A DNA stretch of 42,446 nt from Escherichia phage sortkaff, in the sequence record MN850581.1, one strand, 5' to 3'. Positions 8,308 through 15,592 of this stretch are shown here, in pieces. Position 1 is the stretch's first letter. Each line of letters starts with the position of its first letter. The notes under the pieces were generated by a model, which worked only from the letters and a program-made list of their open reading frames with translations, searched no databases and had not been told where the DNA came from. A program made the position numbers and the translations under genes.

Positions 8308-8354
8308 TAAGTTGTCGCCGGGGAATGGCCCCGGCAATAACGGAGATTAAGACG

Positions 8355-8594
8355 ATGGCAAAATTAACAGTAGTTTCCCCGACTTCCCAGGAACGTGGCC
8401 GCCAGTGGGCTGTTAACTTCCACGTCGTAGGCGCTCCAGTTCGCCGTCGCTTCCTCTCCTGGAAAGCGCCGGAGCTGCTGAAAGGCGAGGAGCCGGAGGT
8501 GGAGGATTACGTGGACGAGTACACCACACGCGGCGAATACGAAGCCCGCCGCATCATCCATCGCAACAACCTGCGCGCCGCTGAATACTACTAA
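8355..8594 (+). CDS. hypothetical small protein
   Basis: 79 aa from MAKLTVV...; GGAG about 8 nt upstream. The ATG at 8325 lies inside the leader hairpin, so 8355 is preferred. Confidence 0.6.
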   Translation: MAKLTVVSPTSQERGRQWAVNFHVVGAPVRRRFLSWKAPELLKGEEPEVEDYVDEYTTRGEYEARRIIHRNNLRAAEYY

Positions 8595-8637
8595 CCACAC
8601 GGCCCCTACGGGGGCCACATCCACCCAGGAGCAAGCC

Positions 8638-8985
8638 ATGACAACAATCATTTACGCCTTACCTAAGCGCACATCACACGCGCGCACGTCTCGATCCACG
8701 CCACTGATCAGCCGTAAAAATTACAGCCTGATTACAGTCGGCGAGCTGGTGAAGTCCACGCCGAAAGGGAAGAAAATTATCCCGCTCTGGTACAACAATC
8801 CGCGCCCCCAGTTTTTCGGGAGCGACTCTTATCACTTTTTCGATAACGTCAAAGACGCGGCGGAGCATATCCGGCACGAGCTGGCCGGGACGTACAAACT
8901 TCTTAACGATCAGGCGAAGTTTATCGCGGAGCTGATCGAGGAGGCGGATCAGATCTACATATCAGCCACGGATCCAACGGCATGA
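8638..8985 (+). CDS. hypothetical protein
   Basis: 115-aa ORF with RBS GGAG (cacccaGGAGcaagccATG). Confidence 0.65.
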   Translation: MTTIIYALPKRTSHARTSRSTPLISRKNYSLITVGELVKSTPKGKKIIPLWYNNPRPQFFGSDSYHFFDNVKDAAEHIRHELAGTYKLLNDQAKFIAELIEEADQIYISATDPTA

Positions 8986-9203
8986 TCCCGGCGGACATTC
9001 AGCGCAAGGCTAAAAAGGTCCTCCAGCGCCACCTCGCCGGGGAGATTAAGCCCCGGAAGCTGGTCGGCGGTCTGGGCCTCGCGCTGGAGGTTGGTTATCG
9101 CTGGCGGCTGCTGTCACGCGATAAGGGCCAGACGTGGGATCTCATGTCCCACGAGAAGTACAACAAACTTACACGGGGCAAAAAGCCCCCTAAAATGAGA
9201 TGA
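8982..9203 (+). CDS. hypothetical small basic protein
   Basis: 73-aa ORF; start overlaps the upstream stop (ATGA). Confidence 0.55.
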   Translation: MIPADIQRKAKKVLQRHLAGEIKPRKLVGGLGLALEVGYRWRLLSRDKGQTWDLMSHEKYNKLTRGKKPPKMR

Positions 9204-9487
9204 TCACAATGGAAAAATACTGGTATTTGTTCGAGGCGCACGGTCGCCAGGTCCTGGTCCGCAAGGGGTCAAACGACGACAACGATCCGACGATCGATCT
9301 CGTGGTCCAGATCGCCGGGGCGGAAATTTCTTTCGCGGTTATCTACGGGAACGAGGGCGGCGAGGAGGAGCGCGATCGCATGTTCGACACGAAGGAGGAG
9401 GAGCTGAAAGGGGCGGCTACTGCTTTCGCGGAAAAATTCATCGGCATCACTAACCCTATGGACGCGTTAGCCGCTTTACAAGGTTAA
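9200..9487 (+). CDS. hypothetical small acidic protein
   Basis: 95-aa ORF; start overlaps the upstream stop. Confidence 0.55.
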   Translation: MITMEKYWYLFEAHGRQVLVRKGSNDDNDPTIDLVVQIAGAEISFAVIYGNEGGEEERDRMFDTKEEELKGAATAFAEKFIGITNPMDALAALQG

Positions 9488-9513
9488 TCAGCGCCTTAAC
9501 ATTCGATCGATAT

Positions 9514-9540
9514 GGAGCCTTTGCGGCTCCATTTTTTTTC
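9514..9540 (+). terminator. rho-independent terminator
   Basis: Stem GGAGCC-tttgc-GGCTCC followed by ATTTTTTTT. Confidence 0.7.
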
Positions 9541-9587
9541 GTGCTACCCTTTTAGCGGTTACTCAATTGTTAAAAGGGATCAGGATA

Positions 9588-9944
9588 ATGTCCGAACATA
9601 GCACGCTCTGGCAGTTGTTCCAGGTGTACCGCGTGGAGTTGGGTTACTCCTTTGTGTCTGCGGCGGTCGCCGTCTTTCGTCACTGGCAGTTAAAACACCC
9701 ATTCCGTGATATAGTTACGGGTGGCGCTTTGTGCGCTTTCGTCGCGTTTGGGATGAATAATATCCTTTCGTTTTTTAATATTGATCACGGGACCTGGGGC
9801 TATCTGGCCTCTGTATTCCTGGGCTATATCGGCGTAGAGACTGCGCTCGACTGGGCCAGCGAAAAGATCCCGTTTCTGAAAAAAATCCGCGCCACTCCGG
9901 CGCATACCACTAACCCGGAGGATCCGACCGATGGCAAAGTTTGA
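9588..9944 (+). CDS. S: class I holin, lambda S-like
   Basis: Similar to lambda S as recalled from memory (SVFLGYIGVETALDW versus lambda SVFIGYIGTDS); hydrophobic TM segments; ATG with AGGA RBS. An in-frame TTG at 9567 would add MLKGIRI. Confidence 0.75.
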   Translation: MSEHSTLWQLFQVYRVELGYSFVSAAVAVFRHWQLKHPFRDIVTGGALCAFVAFGMNNILSFFNIDHGTWGYLASVFLGYIGVETALDWASEKIPFLKKIRATPAHTTNPEDPTDGKV

Positions 9945-10404
9945 AGTTACTACCCAGCGCAAGGCGTTTCTGGACGCTCTGGCCGTTGGCGAGGGGACCG
10001 ATAACGGCAAGCAAAAAACGAACAATCACGGCTACGACGTGATCGTGGGCGGCGAGCTGTTTACCGATTACAGCAAGCATCCGGCGAAGCTGGTCCGCCT
10101 GCGCCCCGGCCTCTCCTCTACCGCTGCTGGCCGTTATCAGCTCCTGAGCAAGTATTACGGCCACTATAAGGACCTGCTGGGCCTGCCGGACTTCTCCCCG
10201 GCGTCGCAGGACCAGATCGCCCTCCAGCAAATCAGCGAGCGCCGCGCGCTGGCCGACATTGACGCAGGCCGGATCGCCGACGCGGTGAAAAAATGTAACA
10301 CCATCTGGGCCTCCCTGCCTGGCTCGCCGTATGGTCAGCGCACGGAGACGCTCGACGACTTCCTGAGCTATTTCCGCAAGGCTGGCGGTAAGGTCGCCGA
10401 ATGA
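9931..10404 (+). CDS. R: endolysin, lambda R-type lytic transglycosylase
   Basis: 157 aa with extended similarity to lambda R recalled from memory (QRKAFLD, EGTDNG, NHGYDVIVGGELFTDYS, AGRYQLL, FSP.SQD..ALQQI, IWASLPG); catalytic-Glu context GEGT; RBS GGAGGA. Confidence 0.9.
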   Translation: MAKFEVTTQRKAFLDALAVGEGTDNGKQKTNNHGYDVIVGGELFTDYSKHPAKLVRLRPGLSSTAAGRYQLLSKYYGHYKDLLGLPDFSPASQDQIALQQISERRALADIDAGRIADAVKKCNTIWASLPGSPYGQRTETLDDFLSYFRKAGGKVAE

Positions 10405-10922
10405 TGGCCGCCCTCCGGTTGTTCCTGCGCGCCTACTGGAAGCCGCTCGCGGTGCTGGTTGCCGTGCTGCTGGCTCTGGGGGGATCTTTCTGGGCTGGTC
10501 ATGTCTGGACCGATCGAGGCTGGCAGGTGAAGGAGTCCGCCCGCAAGGCAGACGAATCCGCCCAGGTCGCCATCGGTGAACATGCCGCCCGTATCATTGA
10601 ACAAGGGCGGGACATTGCCCGCGAGGAGGCTGTAAAACATGCGAACGAACAAGCCGCACGGGCGCGCGCTGATTCCGCTGCTGCTGGGGCTGCTCTTGAT
10701 CGGCTGCTCGCACGAGCAAAGGCCGCCGAACAAGGTAACGCCGCCGCAAGTGCGACCGCTGCCCTCGGAAGCCAGGCAAGGGACAAGACCGCCCGAATGT
10801 ACGCCGACTTGCTCGAAGGGACTGGAGCGCTCGCTCGACGGTATGCTGATATAGCCGACGACGCGATCACGAGGGGGGAGACTTGCGAAAGGATCTATGA
10901 CTCGATAGTGAGTCAGCAATGA
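10401..10922 (+). CDS. Rz: i-spanin (Rz-like)
   Basis: 173 aa; N-terminal TM (LAVLVAVLLALGGSFWAG) then Ala/Glu/Arg-rich coiled-coil-like region; directly after the endolysin with overlapping start (ATGA). Confidence 0.75.
   Translation: MMAALRLFLRAYWKPLAVLVAVLLALGGSFWAGHVWTDRGWQVKESARKADESAQVAIGEHAARIIEQGRDIAREEAVKHANEQAARARADSAAAGAALDRLLARAKAAEQGNAAASATAALGSQARDKTARMYADLLEGTGALARRYADIADDAITRGETCERIYDSIVSQQ
10639..10854 (+). CDS. Rz1: o-spanin (Rz1-like lipoprotein) embedded in a different frame within Rz
   Basis: 71-aa ORF wholly inside Rz in another frame; lipoprotein signal with lipobox LLIGC, proline-rich mature part; GGAGG about 9 nt upstream. Confidence 0.7.
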   Translation: MRTNKPHGRALIPLLLGLLLIGCSHEQRPPNKVTPPQVRPLPSEARQGTRPPECTPTCSKGLERSLDGMLI

Positions 10923-10926
10923 GAGA

Positions 10927-10949
10927 GGGGCCTTGCGGCCCCTTTTTTT
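10927..10949 (+). terminator. rho-independent terminator of the lysis operon
   Basis: GGGGCC-ttgc-GGCCCC followed by T7; the T-tract overlaps the stop of the convergent Ig-like gene. Confidence 0.75.
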
Positions 10950-11949
10950 ATGCGGTGACGGTGAGAGCGCAAGCCGTGGAGGTTGCAGTCTTTCCGCCCG
11001 CGTCAGTAACGCGGCAAGTGTAGGATCCTGCGTCGCCAGACGCCGCTCCGGTTTTCGTGAACGTGGCCGACGTTGCGCCGGAAACTGCTACGCCATCCTT
11101 AAGCCACTGATAGGTTAACGGGGCTACGCCGCCGGAAGCCTGCACAGGGCCGATCGAGATATTGCCACCAGTAGCGACGGAGGACGTCGCCGGGGGCTGC
11201 GTCGTAAACGCCGGGAGCGTGTTTAACGTCACGGCGCAAGCCTGAGACGTAACGGAGCCTTGCGGCACGGCGCTGTCCTTCACAATACACGTATACGTCG
11301 CATTGTCCCCGGTCGCGGCGGTTTTGGTATACGTGGCCGCCGTGGCCCCGGCGATGTTTACGCCGTTTTTCTGCCACTGGTAGGAGTACGGCGCGAGGCC
11401 GCCAGCCGCTGCGACGGTCAGCGTCAACGGGTCGCCGATGTAGACGGCTTTAGTCGGCGTCAGGTTGGTAGAGAGGGACAGGGCGACTTTGAGGCGGATC
11501 CGCTGGGAGTCCTTCGTCTGGCCCTGGCTGTCCGTCACGGTCACGTAATAGTCGCCGTTGTTGCTCGCCTGGTAGTTGGCGATCGCATAGCTCGGCGAGT
11601 TGGATCCGACGTTAACAGTCGTCCCGCCGGAGACTTTCTTCCACTGGTAGGACAGCGGAGCGATCCCCCCAGAGGCGGCGACGGTCAGCGTCTGCGTTGC
11701 GCCAGCCGCGACGAAGGTCGATCCGGCATCACCGCCAGCCACGCCGGGGAGGTCCTGCGTAAACACGATCGGAGGTAGCAGGTTCGGATCGTACTCGATG
11801 TAAAACATTTTCGTGGGGTCGAGGTTAGTCGGGTCAGCGTCTAACCAGATAAGATCTTTTTGCGGAGTCGCGCCGCTGGCCGGATCCTCGATCCGGGTGA
11901 CTTTCCAGCCCAGCAAGTCCGGGCGGTAGTAGCGATGCCAGTAACCCAT
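10948..11949 (-). CDS. protein with three tandem bacterial Ig-like domains after a 95-aa N-terminal domain
   Basis: 333 aa; three repeats of about 80 aa each containing P(L/Y)(S/T)YQW(K/Q/L)K and Y(Y/T)(V/C) motifs typical of Ig-like folds; RBS GAGGA; bounded by terminators on both sides. Confidence 0.8.
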   Translation of the reverse strand: MGYWHRYYRPDLLGWKVTRIEDPASGATPQKDLIWLDADPTNLDPTKMFYIEYDPNLLPPIVFTQDLPGVAGGDAGSTFVAAGATQTLTVAASGGIAPLSYQWKKVSGGTTVNVGSNSPSYAIANYQASNNGDYYVTVTDSQGQTKDSQRIRLKVALSLSTNLTPTKAVYIGDPLTLTVAAAGGLAPYSYQWQKNGVNIAGATAATYTKTAATGDNATYTCIVKDSAVPQGSVTSQACAVTLNTLPAFTTQPPATSSVATGGNISIGPVQASGGVAPLTYQWLKDGVAVSGATSATFTKTGAASGDAGSYTCRVTDAGGKTATSTACALTVTA

Positions 11950-12024
11950 AATTTTGTCCTCGTGGTGTGGCCGTGGTATAGTTCCCCGGCATTGTAGATC
12001 ATCTTTGGGCCGTAAACGAAAGGA

Positions 12025-12051
12025 GCCGCTTTTTAAGCGGCCCTTTTTTTT
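12025..12051. terminator. bidirectional hairpin terminator
   Basis: Stem GCCGCT-tttta-AGCGGC. Plus strand: followed by CCTTTTTTTT. Minus strand: hairpin follows the stop of the 33-aa ORF and is followed by a U-rich stretch. Confidence 0.6.
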
Positions 12052-12151
12052 ACAGTGCTAATGATACGGCGTAACCAATTGCGGCCCATGCTGCCGCGCT
12101 GGCGGCGATTACGGCCCAGATTACATAGCGGTGTCCGCGTAAGTCTTTCAT
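12050..12151 (-). CDS. putative 33-aa single-TM peptide
   Basis: MKDLRGHRYVIWAVIAASAAAWAAIGYAVSLAL; ATG overlaps the upstream stop (ATGA); immediately followed by a terminator. Not listed in the ORF track because it is short. Confidence 0.4.
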   Translation of the reverse strand: MKDLRGHRYVIWAVIAASAAAWAAIGYAVSLAL

Positions 12152-12543
12152 TTGAATTTCCCCTCTCTCTTGAATTTCATGATCCGCCCACGAAGGGACG
12201 GGACAGTTTTGCCTAACCAGTTGGCGACGTGCGCGTGGGTCAGCTCGTCCGGGACTACCACGCCGCGCCCGGTGGAGATCACCAGCTCGTCCAGGTCTGC
12301 CTCGGTCAGCTCGTGCTCCAGGAAGCGTAGGAGCCTGCTATCCTCCCCGGTGGTCCATTCCGTATAGGTCCGGTTGAATGCCAGCGACACGCCCAGCTCC
12401 GACGCCCGGACCTGCATCTGGCGGAAGTTGCGCCCGATTTTCTTTGCCAGCTCCTCGCGTGGCATGGTCCCGGCCAGGCGGATCAGCTCCGCGTCCTGCG
12501 CGTCAGTCCATCCGATAATTTCCGCTGTTACTTTACCCATCAT
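12148..12543 (-). CDS. hypothetical protein with two helix-turn-helix-like repeats
   Basis: 131 aa from ATGATG preceded by AAGGGGGA; the longer six-frame ORF (to 12840) overlaps upstream genes and its N-terminal part is Gly/Arg-rich, so is probably not translated. Confidence 0.6.
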   Translation of the reverse strand: MMGKVTAEIIGWTDAQDAELIRLAGTMPREELAKKIGRNFRQMQVRASELGVSLAFNRTYTEWTTGEDSRLLRFLEHELTEADLDELVISTGRGVVVPDELTHAHVANWLGKTVPSLRGRIMKFKREGKFK

Positions 12544-12734
12544 CCCCCCTTGAGGCGCTTTCTGTTTTTGGTGGCCGCTATGGCCTCTTTGAGCGTCGTC
12601 TCTTTGCCGCCGCCCGGTTGTACCCGGTCCAGTTTTGGGTCCGGCTGGTGGAGGAAGATCTCGCCCTCCGGTGTCTCGATCGATATGTCCGCGATCGCCT
12701 CTTTGCCAAAGACTGCCGACACTTTGCTGATCAT
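12540..12734 (-). CDS. hypothetical small protein
   Basis: 64 aa from MISKVSAV...; stop overlaps the downstream start. Confidence 0.4.
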   Translation of the reverse strand: MISKVSAVFGKEAIADISIETPEGEIFLHQPDPKLDRVQPGGGKETTLKEAIAATKNRKRLKGG

Positions 12735-12790
12735 GTCGTCCAGTCCGGCGGCCTGCGCCGCCTCCCATACCTCGCGGCGCGTACCCTGTT

Positions 12791-13027
12791 TTAACAATCT
12801 TTGTGGTCGTCCCACGGTCCGAAGCCTCCCACGTAGACAAATTCTCCGCCGTTCTCCCGGCGCTCCTGCCTGGCGTGATATGCCGCGTTCTGCCCGGTTC
12901 GTTTCTCCTGCTTCATTGCCTTGCAGGTCTTGGAACAAAAGCGGCCCCAGCCCCGTTTAAGGTCCGCCACGCGGACCTCGTGCATTTTGCCGCACCATTC
13001 GCACGGCTTGATTTTTTTAGCGGCCAT
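12791..13027 (-). CDS. hypothetical zinc-ribbon protein
   Basis: 78 aa with CEWCG ... CSKTC (C-x2-C ... C-x3-C); start overlaps the upstream gene's end. Confidence 0.55.
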   Translation of the reverse strand: MAAKKIKPCEWCGKMHEVRVADLKRGWGRFCSKTCKAMKQEKRTGQNAAYHARQERRENGGEFVYVGGFGPWDDHKDC

Positions 13028-13298
13028 ATGCTTTCCGTAATGCGTCGTTAGCGTTAGCCATCAGCTCGGCGATCTCGCGCTGCGTGGCCTTGTATGCCTC
13101 CGGGCCTGCGTACCACATGCGGAGGCGGTTGGTAAGGCACTGCGCGTTAAAGGCCAGTGTCTGCGCCTGGACCAGCATCAGGCGGCTAACTACGCGCGCT
13201 TTGTTTGTGCGGGCGAAAATGGTCCCCGGCTGGTCGCCCCAGTATTTGGCGCGGAGGTCTGCCAGTGTCTGGCCGTTTTTGTTGGTTGCTGTAGTCAT
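13017..13298 (-). CDS. hypothetical protein
   Basis: 93 aa from MTTATNK...; RBS GAGGAAAA. Confidence 0.6.
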   Translation of the reverse strand: MTTATNKNGQTLADLRAKYWGDQPGTIFARTNKARVVSRLMLVQAQTLAFNAQCLTNRLRMWYAGPEAYKATQREIAELMANANDALRKAYGR

Positions 13299-13329
13299 TT
13301 CGTTTTCCTCGCTGGTTGGTGTGAGAAAG

Positions 13330-13358
13330 AATATAACAAAGGATAAATGGGGCCGCAA
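13330..13358 (-). promoter_or_regulatory. sigma70-like promoter (-35 TTGCGG, 17-bp spacer, -10 TATATT) for the small-gene operon
   Basis: Minus-strand reading TTGCGG-ccccatttatcctttgt-TATATT; CGTGAT at 13377-13382 upstream; overlaps the 13-mer GTGAGAAAGAATA (plus 13321-13333). Confidence 0.4.
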
Positions 13359-13380
13359 GGATTATTTTAATTATTTCGTG

Positions 13381-13410
13381 ATAAAAGAGAAAAGGCCCCG
13401 GAGTGGGGCC
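13381..13410 (-). terminator. rho-independent terminator after the Dam operon
   Basis: Minus-strand stem GGCCCC-actcc-GGGGCC followed by UUUUCUCUUUUAU. Confidence 0.7.
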
Positions 13411-13415
13411 TGAGA

Positions 13416-14153
13416 CTAGCGGACGTTAGCGAGGAAGGTCGCGAGCGCGAAGCCCTCCGGGGTGGCGCTGCGTATGTTCTTTGTGCGGGTACTCGATCCG
13501 CCCAGCTTGGACCAGCCGGGATTATCTTTAGCCGCCGGGACTGGCTTCACCTCCGGCATAACGAAGCCGCCACCACACCAGATCCCGGTCTGCTTCGGAT
13601 AGGCATCGCGCGCCGGGTAGATCTCCGGGTATAGGCGGTGCTGGTGGTCGTCCGGCAAGTAGCCGCCGTAATGGTACGGGTGAAACCAGTAATCACAGGG
13701 CCGCCACATCGTCGAGAGCCGGGAGATCTTCGGATTCTCCAGCATCCACGGAACGGGCCGCGAATCGTCATAGCTGCCATTCTCATAGGCGGCGAAGTTC
13801 GCCACCTCCTCCACCATGCGAGCCAGCGCGACGGCCTTGTGTTGGAAGTACGGATCCCGCGCCCGTTTCAGCTCCCACCAGCGCGCCCCGGTGCAAGTAA
13901 GGTCGGTACACTCGGCAAACGAGGCGACAAACTCAATACCGGGGCCGACCTCCTCGACAATGGTCAGCGCCTCGATCTCGGTATGCTGCGCGTTAAACAT
14001 GCGCCCGACGCGGATAAGGTTCGGCTCCTGCGGGTCTGGGTGGATCCCGTCCTCGTGCTGGCCGTCATACATCCAGCATTGATAGCCAGCCCGGAGCCAC
14101 GGATCAACCATGATCCGCGTAAGGTTGAATAAGAATATCGCCTTACGCGTCAT
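13416..14153 (-). CDS. hypothetical protein, possible nucleic-acid-modifying enzyme (unassigned)
   Basis: 245 aa, aromatic-rich, with short motifs reminiscent of but not diagnostic for C5-methyltransferases (LENP, TPEGFALA). Translationally coupled to the upstream gene with a GAGG RBS. Confidence 0.7.
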   Translation of the reverse strand: MTRKAIFLFNLTRIMVDPWLRAGYQCWMYDGQHEDGIHPDPQEPNLIRVGRMFNAQHTEIEALTIVEEVGPGIEFVASFAECTDLTCTGARWWELKRARDPYFQHKAVALARMVEEVANFAAYENGSYDDSRPVPWMLENPKISRLSTMWRPCDYWFHPYHYGGYLPDDHQHRLYPEIYPARDAYPKQTGIWCGGGFVMPEVKPVPAAKDNPGWSKLGGSSTRTKNIRSATPEGFALATFLANVR

Positions 14154-14154
14154 G

Positions 14155-14739
14155 TTACGGCCTCGCTGGCATAATGATCATCGTGGACGGTCCGAAAGGC
14201 GTCTTAAACTCGACGCGCATCGGCATGTTATTACCCGCGAAGTGGAGATCAACAAACGGCATCTTAATCCCGAATTTTTTCCCCAGCTTTTCGACGAGGC
14301 CCAGATATTCCGCCATCACCTTAACGTCCGTCACGGCTTTGGAGTTGTTCTTCGCGCTCTCGATCACTGCGGTAAGGTTCGGATAATTGGCGTCCACGAC
14401 GTCAACCGTCCCGACGGCCAGGCGCTGGCGGCGGAAGTCGAAGCCCTCCAGGTCCTGCGGCTTGTCTGCCATCTGCGCGCACCAGTACACGATCCCGGCT
14501 TCGGTATCGATCACGGCGGTAGAGTAGGCGCGCCCGGTCGGCGGTGTGGAAACGTTCAGGATCAGGCCATCCGCCGGGGCCTCGGTCAGCGCGGAGCGGG
14601 TGGAGAGCGCTACGTGGCCGTTAGACGTCTGGATCTCGTCGCCTTTGAAGTGTAAAGCGTTCAGGTAATACCGCACATCCTGGCGGCCTTTGGTGAGCTG
14701 GTGAGCGCGGAGCGCGTCAACGGGTGCATAGATGATCAT
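14155..14739 (-). CDS. hypothetical protein
   Basis: 194 aa; RBS AAGGGGGA 8 nt upstream; sits between the Dam gene and the 245-aa gene in the same operon. Confidence 0.7.
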   Translation of the reverse strand: MIIYAPVDALRAHQLTKGRQDVRYYLNALHFKGDEIQTSNGHVALSTRSALTEAPADGLILNVSTPPTGRAYSTAVIDTEAGIVYWCAQMADKPQDLEGFDFRRQRLAVGTVDVVDANYPNLTAVIESAKNNSKAVTDVKVMAEYLGLVEKLGKKFGIKMPFVDLHFAGNNMPMRVEFKTPFGPSTMIIMPARP

Positions 14740-14752
14740 CTTTGAGTCCCCC

Positions 14753-15453
14753 TTAAATCAGGCTTTTGCCTGCGTACATCATTTCGGTAAGCGTTACGTA
14801 TTCCGTCTTGATCTCGCCGCGCTTGCGGGGCTTGATCAGGAATAAAACGGACGACTTCGCATTTTTGCCGCCAGGTTCCCCGGTCACGGCATCCACAAAC
14901 GCCACGCGCCCGGACGTCTCGCCGTCGCTGGTGATGTGGACAATGACGGACGCATGATCCAGCGCTTTCTTAAACCAGGCCGTAGAGGCGTCGGAGTTCA
15001 CGAGGAGGACCGTCGAGACGCCGCGCGTCTTTGCCTGCTCGATCGCTTTGGTCACAAACGGCATCGGCTCCGCGTATGGTGGGTTACACCACGCCAGCCC
15101 GTTCTCCGCGCCCCAGTTCACTTCGTCGCGGAGGGCGTTCGTCTCCTGTCCAGATAGCAGGCGCACAGGGCGTTAATCTTCTCGGCGGCCACGTCGATCC
15201 CAAACTCGCCGAAACGCTTACGCGCCCAGGCGAAAAGCCACTCCGGCGTCCGCCACTTCTGGCGCACTTTGTCCGGCGTCTTGCTGCCTTTGAAACGGCG
15301 ACCGCTCACGCGGTTCTCGTCGTCGGCCATGATCTCGTTAGTCGCTTTCTGGCCGATGGCCGCGAGCTGGGTCATAACGCCGGGGGCCACGCCATGCTCC
15401 GCGCCTGCCTGCTCCAGCATTTCGATCGTGCTCTTGTCGTTCTCGTATTTCAT
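14753..15453 (-). pseudogene. dam: phage Dam-type DNA N6-adenine methyltransferase (NPPY motif), interrupted by a frameshift
   Basis: N-terminal part (15118..15453, ...WRTPEWLFAWARKRFGEFGIDVAAEKINALCACYL) and C-terminal part (14753..15166, ...NWGAENGLAWCNPPYAEP...) lie in frames offset by one base. Frame switch must fall between plus 15121 and 15171; no slippery heptamer seen. Confidence 0.65.
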
Positions 15454-15483
15454 TGGATTATCCTTTGTTGGTGGATCGCAATT

Positions 15484-15512
15484 AACATAATGGAAGCGTG
15501 ATTTTATTTCAA
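15484..15512 (-). promoter_or_regulatory. sigma70-like promoter for the Dam operon (-35 TTGAAA, 17-bp spacer, -10 TATGTT) with ATCACGCTTCC in the spacer
   Basis: Minus-strand reading TTGAAA-taaaATCACGCTTCCat-TATGTT-aATTGCG; closely matches the promoter at 2220..2248; RBS AAAGGA before the Dam ATG. Confidence 0.45.
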
Positions 15513-15592
15513 GAGGAAAATGTGATTTACTTGTGCTGTCTCTTTCCTTCGTCGGAAAAAATTAGCGCCCGCTGGTATCGGTCGCGCCCATT

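Noticed and set aside
8982-9487. Small overlapping gene pair as a possible toxin-antitoxin module (73-aa basic protein with YRWRLL motif plus 95-aa acidic protein)
   Set aside because: Resemblance to RelE/ParE-type toxins is limited to a short motif and the partner has no recognisable antitoxin or DNA-binding fold; evidence is insufficient without profile searches.
15118-15174. Programmed -1 ribosomal frameshift in the Dam gene
   Set aside because: No slippery heptamer or downstream structure in the overlap; a mutation or sequencing indel is more likely.
15031-15501. 156-aa plus-strand ORF overlapping the Dam gene region
   Set aside because: It is antisense to the Dam coding sequence and promoter, with no RBS; treated as spurious.
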